Made by a program: the position numbers and the translations under genes. The notes beneath the pieces are model-generated. The model did not search any database. It was not told the origin of the DNA and was given only the letters and a program-made list of their open reading frames with translations. Positions 16,914 through 25,324 of a DNA stretch of 41,351 nucleotides are shown here, piece by piece. Every line of letters begins with the position of its first letter. Positions within the stretch are counted from its first letter, which is position 1. The stretch is from assembly GCA_028278605.1 (NCBI GenBank), contig JANQEB010000012.1, positions 1 to 41,351 of the forward strand, written 5' to 3'. The stretch comes from Candidatus Gastranaerophilales bacterium (GTDB taxonomy: Bacteria; Cyanobacteriota; Vampirovibrionia; Gastranaerophilales; UBA9971).

Positions 16914-18611
16914 ATGACATCAAGCATTGATCATGAAAACGACATTAATGAAGACAAGATCGATATTCGCTTTGACCCTTTTACAGAATCGGATGACAGT
17001 GTTGCTATAACTGGCGAATCACATGTTATACCAGGTGCAAGCCCTTATTATATCCAATTAAATGAAGTGCCAAAGGAAGACACACCATCTCTTACAGCTA
17101 TTCGAAAGATAGGGCAGCTAGATGAAGACCTTGACGATTCTGAAACTGGTGTTGATGTAGTGCGTGGTGCAGACTGGGCTGTTGATGATGTTTTTGCAAT
17201 TGATAGCGAAAAGATGCAGGTAACAAATGTTGTTAGCAACACTTTAACCGTTACACGTGGATATGACAGCACGACTCCTGCTGCGCACAATCAATATGAA
17301 AATGTTGAGACTGGCACATTATCTGATGATGGTTCAAATGTAAGAGCACAAGATGATACAAAAGACTTTGTTGATGAAGGTGTTAAAGAAGGTGATATAT
17401 TCGAGAACACAACAAATAGTCAAACAGCTACTATTACTGGTATTAGAACAACCACAAATAAAAATGATACACTATGCTTTTCTACTGGCACTGCTACTTC
17501 AAACGATAATGGTGATTCATATGTTGTAAAACGGCCTAGACTTTTAATTGATGATAGTGATTTTACAGAGGTATTTACCGCACCTTCAGCCGGTGAATAT
17601 GAAGTACATTATGGTACTGCTGATGTTCCTTACAAGCGTGGTTTAATCCGCTTCCATGAAGATGATAAAGATAAAACTATGCAATGTGATTACACTAAAA
17701 CAGGGCACTATAATTGGGCTGAGTTTATAAATGATATTCAAGATGCTCTTAGAAGTCGTTTTTATGGTTATGATTTAAGACCTGAAATTATAACAAATGA
17801 GCATTTGCAAGATAATATAATAGAGCATGATCAGATGTCAAATAATGCTATTCATCAAGCAGAGCTTTATACTACAACTGCTGAAGTAAACACAAGTTCA
17901 TCTAATAATTTAACTTTGACAGGTGGTACATACATTTTTTATCCACAAGTGAAAACACAAAATACCGGTGCCATTACATTTGATTCACGACTAGCTAATT
18001 ATGCTAGCAATCCACCTGTTTCATATGTTTCTAATGTTTATTTATCTGCTAGCTCTGGATTGGCATATGCTCAAGCAAGGTACGTAAGGTCGTCAGGTCA
18101 TATAAATTGGTATTATCTTTTAAGAGATGTAAAAACTAAAAAGATTATAGCTTCATCAATTGCTAAAGATCATCCATGTTATGGCAATGGTGGCAAGCCC
18201 GAGCTAATGCAGCATCCTTTTTTAAGTGTCTATACTGTAAATAATAAGCAATACATTGGTGATGACATAAATATTATAGAGGTTGAAATTCTTGTACACA
18301 ATCTTAGTGATGAAATGTATATTTATTGTGTTGATGAATCTGTTATAGCTGATAATTTGATACCAGATAAATCAATACTTGAAATTCTTAGTAGTAATTT
18401 TATTTTGGATGATAATGATCAACCTGAATGGCCTAAGGACGAAGTTATTGTAGGTTTGCCCAGACATGCTATAAATGAAAATGGTGAAAAAGAAGTTATT
18501 GAGGATTGGACAAAGGAATATTATCAAGGTAGAAACTTGTTGATAGAACCAATAAAAAGGGAAATCATTCAACCTAGCCATATTAAAACAATTGGTATAA
18601 AAGAAAGGTAG
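16914..18611 (+). CDS. Putative receptor-binding protein / tail fibre
   Basis: 565 aa, last large structural gene, Asp/Thr/Asn-rich. Confidence 0.4.
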   Translation: MTSSIDHENDINEDKIDIRFDPFTESDDSVAITGESHVIPGASPYYIQLNEVPKEDTPSLTAIRKIGQLDEDLDDSETGVDVVRGADWAVDDVFAIDSEKMQVTNVVSNTLTVTRGYDSTTPAAHNQYENVETGTLSDDGSNVRAQDDTKDFVDEGVKEGDIFENTTNSQTATITGIRTTTNKNDTLCFSTGTATSNDNGDSYVVKRPRLLIDDSDFTEVFTAPSAGEYEVHYGTADVPYKRGLIRFHEDDKDKTMQCDYTKTGHYNWAEFINDIQDALRSRFYGYDLRPEIITNEHLQDNIIEHDQMSNNAIHQAELYTTTAEVNTSSSNNLTLTGGTYIFYPQVKTQNTGAITFDSRLANYASNPPVSYVSNVYLSASSGLAYAQARYVRSSGHINWYYLLRDVKTKKIIASSIAKDHPCYGNGGKPELMQHPFLSVYTVNNKQYIGDDINIIEVEILVHNLSDEMYIYCVDESVIADNLIPDKSILEILSSNFILDDNDQPEWPKDEVIVGLPRHAINENGEKEVIEDWTKEYYQGRNLLIEPIKREIIQPSHIKTIGIKER

Positions 18612-18619
18612 GTAAAAAA

Positions 18620-19069
18620 ATGATAAAGCCAATAAAACTTTTTAGACTAGAAAGAGATGGTTATGCTACATTTGGTTCGTTGATTATTGAAAACAAATTA
18701 ATTTGTAATACCCTAGAGCTTCCCTGGTTAAATAATATACCGTTTAAATCCTGTGTGCCCATTGGATGTTATAAGCTGGCTATACGTACAAAGTGGAAGC
18801 ATTCAGATGATTATGGACACACGTTTGAATTGAAAGGTGAAGGTGTAAAAGACCGGCCTGGATGTTTGATTCATCCTGCTAATTGGCCCTATCAACTGCA
18901 TGGATGTATAGCACCTGGTCATGCTATTGGTGACTTATCTGGTAAGCGTGCAATCAAAGACAGTCGGAATGCATTCTTTAAAGTCATTAATGCTATTAAA
19001 GAAATACCATTTGAAACTATTGGTGGTAATGTAACCAACATCCCTTTCGTAATTACAGATCATAGTTAA
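18620..19069 (+). CDS. DUF5675-like protein, candidate cell-wall hydrolase (lysin position)
   Basis: 'ATFGSLII...CNTLELPW.NN...SCVPIGCY' and 'GCLIHPANW...LHGCIAPG' match my recollection of DUF5675. It is the last gene of the late block. Confidence 0.45.
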   Translation: MIKPIKLFRLERDGYATFGSLIIENKLICNTLELPWLNNIPFKSCVPIGCYKLAIRTKWKHSDDYGHTFELKGEGVKDRPGCLIHPANWPYQLHGCIAPGHAIGDLSGKRAIKDSRNAFFKVINAIKEIPFETIGGNVTNIPFVITDHS

Positions 19070-19087
19070 CTATATAGTACGATATAA
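19070..19087. promoter_or_regulatory. 18-bp motif, AGTACG class (CTATATAGTACGATATAA)
   Basis: 17 of 18 match. Lies immediately after the stop of the last late gene. Confidence 0.75.
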
Positions 19088-19092
19088 AAAAG

Positions 19093-19130
19093 TAGCATTC
19101 AGAAAAAAATAAAGGATGCTATCTTTTTTT
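19093..19130 (+). terminator. Intrinsic terminator ending the late operon
   Basis: Stem 19093-19100 'tagcattc' with 19114-19121 'ggatgcta', 13-nt A-rich loop, then 'tcttttttt'. Confidence 0.7.
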
Positions 19131-19131
19131 C

Positions 19132-19162
19132 TTGACATCTAATTAATTGTGTGCACAATTAA
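19132..19162 (+). promoter_or_regulatory. Sigma70-like early promoter with an overlapping 20-bp palindromic operator
   Basis: 'ttgaca' at 19132-19137. Palindrome 'ttaattgtg tg cacaattaa' at 19143-19162 covers the -10 region. Confidence 0.55.
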
Positions 19163-19204
19163 AATCACGTTAACAAAAAAAACAGATGACAGCAAACAGA
19201 CAAC

Positions 19205-19222
19205 TTAGATAGTACGATATAA
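19205..19222. promoter_or_regulatory. 18-bp motif, AGTACG class (TTAGATAGTACGATATAA)
   Basis: 17 of 18 match. Ends 4 nt before ATG 19227, which has no SD. Confidence 0.75.
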
Positions 19223-19226
19223 AAAA

Positions 19227-19430
19227 ATGCCAAGAAGAAAACAAAGTGAAAAAAAATATGATGATAGGTTTAATATCAGAACTTATAAAACTTTTAAAGA
19301 CCAGGTAAGAGAAGCAGCGGAAAAAGAAGGTCTTTCCGTTTCAGGGTTTATTACAAATGTTTTACATATGGCATTAGATGTAGAAATAAAAAAGGCTACA
19401 GCTAAAAAGAAGGCAAAGGTAGTTCATTGA
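19227..19430 (+). CDS. Ribbon-helix-helix (CopG/Arc-like) transcriptional regulator
   Basis: Beta strand 'RFNIRT' followed by two helices, 'KTFKDQVREAAEKEG' and 'SVSGFITNVLHMAL'. First gene after the promoter/operator. Confidence 0.65.
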   Translation: MPRRKQSEKKYDDRFNIRTYKTFKDQVREAAEKEGLSVSGFITNVLHMALDVEIKKATAKKKAKVVH

Positions 19431-19451
19431 TAACAAGGACATCGGGCACGG

Positions 19452-20444
19452 ATGACAAAGAAGATAAAAACTTGTGATTTTAGAATCACTAATCATAGCA
19501 GAAAGTGTGACCATTATATTGAAGGTAAAATAGATGGTCTAGGCAATGAGCTTGAAGCAGGGTTTTGCAGATTGCCAAAAGAATTTAGATGTATTGAATC
19601 CTTAAAACATCACCTTCCCAGGGTTAGCCATTCATCAAGAAAATCTTTTATTCAATGCAGGATGAAGTATTATTACAACCAGATCGAAGGTCGTGTATTG
19701 TTGCCACACAGGCAAACAGATGCTATTAAAGCAGGTGCGATATGGGATAAGTTTCTTGAACTAAAACATGAAGGCAAGCCGACTAAAGAAACCATTCATA
19801 AATTATTTGTCAAATATAAAGTAAGTCCTGTTCTTGAAGCCAAACTAACCGCAATCATAAAGGCATACATCACACTTGAAATAGAACACAATGAACCGAA
19901 CCTGGTGAACTGCCAGCATGAATTTGTATATCCTATTTATGATGTAATTACTTATGGGAAAATTGATCGTGCATATATTGAAAGTTTTACAGAATCCAAA
20001 TTAACCACAAACCCTGACTTTCATAGAAAACTTCATTATCTTCAGGCACAGCTATCTACATATTTTTTGTCAAATGAAAATTATAAAAGCTGTATAGTTG
20101 AGATAGTTAAAATGCATAAAGGCAAACCAAAGGCTAACGAGTCTGTTGAAAGTTTTCAGAAGAGATTATACCATAGCTATATAGCCAGACCTAAAAGCGT
20201 TTTTTTAGAATACAAAGAAGAAACTAAAACATTTGGGTATAAGTTCTGGCGTACTGAATTTGATTTGCCACAAATTTTAAGGACATATGAAATTGTAAAC
20301 CGTGACATATCAAGAGCTATTAAAAATAATGAATGGTATAGAAATGATTTAGCATGTCATGTACCTACTGATTGTGAGTATTTGCATAGGTGTGATACTG
20401 GTAGTTTTAGTAAAATGCTGTATGGGTATAAAGATAAACATTAA
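19452..20444 (+). CDS. PD-(D/E)XK nuclease, Cas4/RecB-like, with Cys cluster
   Basis: 'GKIDRAYIESFTESKLT' gives the D...E.K motif. C-terminal 'CHVPTDCEYLHRC' plus N-terminal Cys residues. Confidence 0.6.
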   Translation: MTKKIKTCDFRITNHSRKCDHYIEGKIDGLGNELEAGFCRLPKEFRCIESLKHHLPRVSHSSRKSFIQCRMKYYYNQIEGRVLLPHRQTDAIKAGAIWDKFLELKHEGKPTKETIHKLFVKYKVSPVLEAKLTAIIKAYITLEIEHNEPNLVNCQHEFVYPIYDVITYGKIDRAYIESFTESKLTTNPDFHRKLHYLQAQLSTYFLSNENYKSCIVEIVKMHKGKPKANESVESFQKRLYHSYIARPKSVFLEYKEETKTFGYKFWRTEFDLPQILRTYEIVNRDISRAIKNNEWYRNDLACHVPTDCEYLHRCDTGSFSKMLYGYKDKH

Positions 20445-20459
20445 TAAAGAGGTAAAAAC

Positions 20460-20717
20460 ATGGATTTAATTTTAAAGTTAAACGATAGGGAAAAACAAAT
20501 AATTAAAAATTTTATATCAAAAGAACTTGAATATACTTTTTCACTGTCAGCAAAAGTTTGTTTTATACCATCCCAGGTTAATAAAGCTTCTTCAAAATCT
20601 TCAGAATCTTCAAGGGCTAGAGAAGACCTTGAGTATAAAGAGATGTTTGAATATATAGATAGTCTTGTTGGCAAGGCTTATGTTTTTGAAAAAAAAATTT
20701 ATGGTATCAAAACATAG
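20460..20717 (+). CDS. Small hypothetical protein carrying an in-frame 102-bp insert that contains the tape-measure antisense segment
   Basis: RBS 'aaagagg'. Residues 'FSLSAKVCFIPSQVNKASS' are encoded by the reverse complement of tape-measure codons. Confidence 0.45.
   Translation: MDLILKLNDREKQIIKNFISKELEYTFSLSAKVCFIPSQVNKASSKSSESSRAREDLEYKEMFEYIDSLVGKAYVFEKKIYGIKT
20540..20596 (-). repeat. Perfect 57-bp inverted copy of tape measure segment 14193..14249
   Basis: 57 of 57 bases identical to the reverse complement. Flanked by imperfect direct repeats 'cttgaatata' (20526) and 'cttgagtata' (20628), 102 bp apart. Confidence 0.95.
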
Positions 20718-20752
20718 AACAAGTTGGTGGTGTAATTAAAATAAAGGAATAA

Positions 20753-21550
20753 GTGACTATGGACGTACTAACCTTAAAAGATTTTTCCTCAGATGGTGTA
20801 ATGATATTTTTGTATGGTGAAACAAACGTAGGTAAGTCAACCAGTATATTACAATCGGCGCCTGACCCTATTTTTTATGCAATGGGAGAATTGAGAAATC
20901 CAAAGAAAGTACTTGAAGCTGTTAACAGACCAGGTTTAAAAATTAGATTTGGTCACTATAAAAATTGGCTTGACTTTATGGACTTCTTGGCACAACCAGA
21001 AAAACTTAATCCCTACAAATCCCTTATTATCGATAGCATGACTCAATTTATGGGATTGCTATCGATTGAGATCGAAAATGAAACCTTCCAAGCTTTAGGC
21101 AAAAAGAAACAAGTAAAGAAAACTTTATCACGGCAAACAAAAAAAGATTATTCAGGGTGGGGCGGTCTTGCCAGTCAAACACTTAGACTAACAAAACTGC
21201 TTGGCAAATTATCGCAGATACACGGTAAGATAATCATTTGTACAGCATTAGAGACAGAGCGTCCTAAGTGGGATTTAGAGCTTGCAGCAGCACCTAAGTT
21301 GAGTGGACGTGATTATGCTGAATCGATGCCTGAGAATTTTGATCTTATCGGGCGTGTAACTTCAAGATATAAGAAATGCGTCAATGAAGATGGCTGTATA
21401 ATTCCTGATGAATACAGAATAGTTTATCCACCCATGGTAAGCTTTGAGTGTGACGATCCTGATAGAAAGTTCATGGCTAAATATACTGGTGGTGGTGACA
21501 AAAGGAAGGGACCGTTAAATATTTCAAAGATATTAGAAAGTAAGAAGTAA
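20753..21550 (+). CDS. RecA-fold AAA ATPase (Sak4-like recombination ATPase)
   Basis: Walker A 'GETNVGKST' and Walker B-like 'LIIDSM'. ATG 20759 is the more likely start. Confidence 0.6.
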   Translation: MTMDVLTLKDFSSDGVMIFLYGETNVGKSTSILQSAPDPIFYAMGELRNPKKVLEAVNRPGLKIRFGHYKNWLDFMDFLAQPEKLNPYKSLIIDSMTQFMGLLSIEIENETFQALGKKKQVKKTLSRQTKKDYSGWGGLASQTLRLTKLLGKLSQIHGKIIICTALETERPKWDLELAAAPKLSGRDYAESMPENFDLIGRVTSRYKKCVNEDGCIIPDEYRIVYPPMVSFECDDPDRKFMAKYTGGGDKRKGPLNISKILESKK

Positions 21551-21662
21551 GAAACTTGAAAATCCAAAATGTCTAGAAGTAGTGTATTATTTTCTAATTT
21601 TATAAGTCGATAAGTATAAAAGCAAATATTTTTAATGTAAAAAATTTTATAAGGATAAGAAA

Positions 21663-22214
21663 GTGTCAGAAAAAATCTTAAACGCATTTAATAAAATCAG
21701 AGCTTATAATATTTTACGGAACAGAAATAACATAGCGGTATCAAGTCCAAACTTCTATACTAAATTATGGATACTTGGCAAGTATACCTGCGTAACTGAT
21801 GGTGCGTTATTTTTACGCTGGCCTGAAATATTAATCAAAGAACAAGGTTTTAAACTTCCAGTAGATCAATTAAAAACGGTTAAGTTTAATAAGCTTTTGA
21901 ATGCATCTGATAATGATAAGATAAGAACAGACCTGGAAGCATTTAAAATTTTCAAGCAAGAACATATATGCAGCCATAAGTCAAACAAAGACAAGTGTAA
22001 AATATGTTATGGTACAGGCATATCACATAAAAAACATTCTACATGGCAAATAGGTGAATGGCTGTTTGATGCTCAATACATATATTTATTATTGCGGTAT
22101 TTGAAAGATGTAACATTTTATGATGTGAACAAAATATGTATAGCTTCAAATTCAATAGCTTTTACATTTAATGGTGTAGGGCAAGGTATATTAATGAGGT
22201 TAAAAGATGAATAA
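21663..22214 (+). CDS. Hypothetical protein
   Basis: GTG start with SD 'aagga'. Contains 'CKICYGTG'. Confidence 0.5.
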   Translation: MSEKILNAFNKIRAYNILRNRNNIAVSSPNFYTKLWILGKYTCVTDGALFLRWPEILIKEQGFKLPVDQLKTVKFNKLLNASDNDKIRTDLEAFKIFKQEHICSHKSNKDKCKICYGTGISHKKHSTWQIGEWLFDAQYIYLLLRYLKDVTFYDVNKICIASNSIAFTFNGVGQGILMRLKDE

Positions 22215-22216
22215 CA

Positions 22217-22408
22217 ATGAAGGACTGGTATATAAAAATAGACAAAAACAATTGCCCGTACAAGCCTATGAAAGCGGTATGCACAAACAAAGACAATAAT
22301 AAATTAGGTATATGCACTTTTGATTTATGTACTGAAAAGATAATTAAAAAAAATAAACGTGGACAACTTAGACAACTATCATTTTTAGACAAGGACAATA
22401 AACCATGA
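22217..22408 (+). CDS. Hypothetical small Cys-containing protein
   Basis: 63 aa, tightly packed between neighbouring genes. Confidence 0.45.
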   Translation: MKDWYIKIDKNNCPYKPMKAVCTNKDNNKLGICTFDLCTEKIIKKNKRGQLRQLSFLDKDNKP

Positions 22409-23067
22409 GAACAGCAAAAAGAGTTTTAGCATTTGATCTTGAAACCATAGCAGATAAATCAATCATAGACTATTTACCTGAACCTAAACCAAAAGCAAAT
22501 CTAAAAGATACAGCCAAGATAGAAGCTGACATTGAAGCTAAAAAAGAAGCACAGATAAAAAAACTTGGCTTATCTCCCTGGACAGGTCGCATATGCTGTT
22601 TTGGTTATGCCTGGAAAGAAGGCGGTGAAATATCAACAAGACACCTTATGCTCAAAGAAGAAACTGATGAAGAAGAGCAGCAGTTAATATATATCATCTG
22701 GCATATGATAAATAGCTTTGATGTCTTCATAACTTTTAATGGCAATGGTTTTGATGTACCTTTTTTAAAAGGTCGATCAGTAAGACACAGAATGAAACAG
22801 ACTGTAAATATATCAATGGCTAAATATCGTGTAACCAATCACCTTGATGTCAAAGCAGTTTTGTCAAACTGGCAACCATATGAACCAGGTACACTTGATT
22901 TTTATAGTCAAATACTTTTGAACAAAACAAAGACTGAAGGCATTGATGGTTCAATGGTTCAAGAATTTTGGGACAAGGGCAAGTATAAAGAAATAGGCAA
23001 ATATTGTGAAGATGATTGCCGGTTAACTTTTGAACTTGGATTACTGACAAAAAAATATTACCTTTAG
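22405..23067 (+). CDS. 3'-5' exonuclease related to the PolB exonuclease domain (RNase H fold)
   Basis: ExoI 'FDLET', ExoII 'FNGNGFDVPFL', ExoIII-like 'YCEDDCRLTFEL'. Confidence 0.6.
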   Translation: MRTAKRVLAFDLETIADKSIIDYLPEPKPKANLKDTAKIEADIEAKKEAQIKKLGLSPWTGRICCFGYAWKEGGEISTRHLMLKEETDEEEQQLIYIIWHMINSFDVFITFNGNGFDVPFLKGRSVRHRMKQTVNISMAKYRVTNHLDVKAVLSNWQPYEPGTLDFYSQILLNKTKTEGIDGSMVQEFWDKGKYKEIGKYCEDDCRLTFELGLLTKKYYL

Positions 23068-23078
23068 AATTTATAATT

Positions 23079-23096
23079 TTATATCGTACTATATAA
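23079..23096. promoter_or_regulatory. 18-bp motif, CGTACT class (TTATATCGTACTATATAA)
   Basis: Exact. Followed by an A-run, RBS and ATG 23111. Confidence 0.8.
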
Positions 23097-23110
23097 AAAA
23101 AGAGGATAAC

Positions 23111-23389
23111 ATGAATCAAAAGACAAGAATAAACCGAAAGTCGAAAAAGAAAAGATTTATTTCATCACCAACAAGTAAGCCTATGGAATTAACTGTTCAA
23201 GAATTTATGGACCTTGAAAACAGGTCTTGTGAAGCATGTGGACATGAATATTTTAAAAAGCGCACTATTGCAAAATTGTTACCCATGACACATCCTTCAA
23301 ATAATACTGGTGAAGCAATACCATTTACACTGGAAGTATATATTTGTGATAAGTGTCATGCTAAACAGGAAAAATTAAAAGTAGTATAA
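23111..23389 (+). CDS. Hypothetical zinc-ribbon protein
   Basis: CxxC ... CxxC pairs ('CEACGH', 'CDKCH'). RBS 'agagga'. Confidence 0.5.
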   Translation: MNQKTRINRKSKKKRFISSPTSKPMELTVQEFMDLENRSCEACGHEYFKKRTIAKLLPMTHPSNNTGEAIPFTLEVYICDKCHAKQEKLKVV

Positions 23390-23414
23390 ACCAATAAAAA
23401 AAAGGTGGTGCTGA

Positions 23415-23612
23415 ATGGATAATCAAGAAAAACAATTTCAAAGAGTTGTTTTAAAAGGTCTACTATCATGTATGCTTGCTTCCGTTACAATTTTGTTAGA
23501 TGAAGACTATGATGAAGAGACATCAGAGATAAGTAAGAATGATGTAGCAGAACAGATAACAATGTCAGCAGCAGAAATAAAAGCATATGACAAAAAGTAT
23601 TTAAACGATTAA
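23415..23612 (+). CDS. Hypothetical small protein
   Basis: RBS 'aaggtggtg'. Confidence 0.5.
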   Translation: MDNQEKQFQRVVLKGLLSCMLASVTILLDEDYDEETSEISKNDVAEQITMSAAEIKAYDKKYLND

Positions 23613-23638
23613 TAATAAAGAAAAGGAATTAACTGACA

Positions 23639-24892
23639 ATGGCAAAGGAAAAATCAAATATCAAAATTGAAAGCATACATGTAACTGGCTTTGAAGGTGT
23701 ATTAGATATTGAAATAATACCGACTCAAAGTATGGTCACATTATCAGGTGCTAATGGTGCAGGTAAATCAAGTATACTTCATGCTATTTCTATTCTTTTT
23801 TTTGGTGGCAGCTTTGAAGAGCCTATTATTCATAAGGGTAAAGACCGTGCGGAGATTAATACTGACCTGGGAGAATTTAGTGTAACCTGGTATAAAACTA
23901 AAAAGAGTCCACCTAAAATTAAGATAGAACGTAAAGACGGTCAGCCGATTGAAAACACCAGACGTGCCTTAAATGATCTTATAGGTGGTAAAGTATTGGC
24001 TGACCCTATGGCATTAGTTAATGAAAAAGATTTATCAAAACAGCGTCAAAAGTTTCTTGAAGCCTTAAACATTAATACTTCTGATATTGACAAAAAGATA
24101 AAGAATGAAATTGAAAATAGGAAGAGTACAAAAAAAGAGATTAAAGCCCTTGAAGCAAAAATATCTGCTATCGATTTTAACCCCAGTATAACAGAAAGAG
24201 TTGTCATACTTGAACTGACAGATAGCCTTAATTCTGCAAACCTTCACAATCAATCATTAGAGATGAAACAAAAAGCACAGAAGCGTAAACGTAAAGCATA
24301 TGACCAAAAAAAAGCTGAAGTTGAAGCATTGCAGCAAGAGATGAAAGATTTAAAGTCTGAAGGGCTAAAGTTGAAATCTGAAATTGAAGGTTTTGAGATG
24401 ATCGATACTGAAAAGATAGAACAGCAAATTAAAGACGCTGAAACTATTAACGAACAGTATAGGGCAAACCAAGAGCACATAGCATTACTTAAACAAGTAG
24501 CTGCTGAAAAAAGCAAGCTAAAAGATGTTGAAGTGTTGATATCAAACTTAAAAACAGACCGTGATAATCTTTTATCATCAGCCAGTTTGCCAGACATAGG
24601 GATAACTATTGATGATGAAGCAGTGCTATACAATGGTTTACCATTGGTTAAAGCCAGTACTGGCGAAAAAATAAAGGTATGCTTTCAATACTTGTCAACC
24701 ATATCTTCAAACTTTAAAGTATTATGGATTGAAGACGGTGATAAGCTGGATAAAAAAACACGCAAGTTAATCATAAAAATAGCTGAAGAGAATAACATCC
24801 AAGTATGGAATGAGCGTGTGGATGAATCTGGAAAGATAGGTATTTACATTGAAGAGGGCCAGGTGGCTAAAAATAATTACATAGAAGAGTAA
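23639..24892 (+). CDS. SMC/RecN/SbcC-like AAA ATPase with coiled-coil insert
   Basis: Walker A 'GANGAGKSS', long charged coiled coil, C-terminal 'VLWIEDGDKLD'. Confidence 0.6.
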   Translation: MAKEKSNIKIESIHVTGFEGVLDIEIIPTQSMVTLSGANGAGKSSILHAISILFFGGSFEEPIIHKGKDRAEINTDLGEFSVTWYKTKKSPPKIKIERKDGQPIENTRRALNDLIGGKVLADPMALVNEKDLSKQRQKFLEALNINTSDIDKKIKNEIENRKSTKKEIKALEAKISAIDFNPSITERVVILELTDSLNSANLHNQSLEMKQKAQKRKRKAYDQKKAEVEALQQEMKDLKSEGLKLKSEIEGFEMIDTEKIEQQIKDAETINEQYRANQEHIALLKQVAAEKSKLKDVEVLISNLKTDRDNLLSSASLPDIGITIDDEAVLYNGLPLVKASTGEKIKVCFQYLSTISSNFKVLWIEDGDKLDKKTRKLIIKIAEENNIQVWNERVDESGKIGIYIEEGQVAKNNYIEE

Positions 24893-24934
24893 ACAGTAGC
24901 TAGGGATGAATAAACAATAACTAAAGGTGACGAC

Positions 24935-25171
24935 ATGAAAGATGATTTATCAAAAGAAGATTTGGAAATAATACATATTAATTATGGGAGGATTCTAGCT
25001 TTTAAAGATTATGAAAAAGAATTAAGAGATAAAGCTTGTGATTATTTTGCAAGGAACAAAGATGATCTTGCAGTCCTTTACAGAGATGAAGCAAACAATC
25101 TCAAGAAAAGAATAGAAAAGTTAATAGATAATCTTACAAATCTTTACAACATAAGGGACATGTTGCTTTAG
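24935..25171 (+). CDS. Hypothetical small protein
   Basis: RBS 'aaaggtga'. Confidence 0.5.
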   Translation: MKDDLSKEDLEIIHINYGRILAFKDYEKELRDKACDYFARNKDDLAVLYRDEANNLKKRIEKLIDNLTNLYNIRDMLL

Positions 25172-25324
25172 CTTTTAACCTTTAACTTTTAACCCTTAGA
25201 CAAAAAGGTGGTGATGCCTGGGACTAGTAAATAATTTTATATCAAACATGAATTAACTTTTATTATCAAACAAAAACTTTAACTAGAAAATTAATTAAAC
25301 TTAAAACAAAAAAGGATTAAAAAC

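Noticed and set aside
14250-20539. Mu G / P1 C-type invertible segment bounded by the 57-bp inverted repeats
   Set aside because: No invertase or serine recombinase gene is present. Inversion would also split the tape measure gene and reverse essential tail and early genes. Only rare homologous-recombination inversion remains possible.
14193-20596. Diversity-generating retroelement (TR/VR pair) as the explanation for the tape-measure repeat
   Set aside because: No reverse transcriptase gene is present. The two copies are 100 percent identical, with no adenine-specific differences. They are in inverted rather than direct orientation, and the target is not a C-terminal variable domain.
20597-20627. 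The rest of the 102-bp insert ('atcttcagaatcttcaagggctagagaaga') as a second antisense fragment, matching the receptor-binding gene near 17131-17151
   Set aside because: There is only a patchy match of about 14 of 17 bases in acidic-codon sequence (gaagattctgaa-type), which is within chance expectation.
21663-22214. Sliding-clamp (DnaN-like) fragment, based on 'VTDGALFLR' and C-terminal 'ILMRLKD'
   Set aside because: There are only two short, weak resemblances, and the protein is half the size of one clamp protomer pair. It is left as hypothetical.
23079-23096. T7-like single-subunit RNA polymerase promoter (superficial resemblance of CGTACTATATA to CGACTCACTATA)
   Set aside because: No phage RNA polymerase gene is present. 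The motif also occurs in both core orientations although all genes are on one strand.
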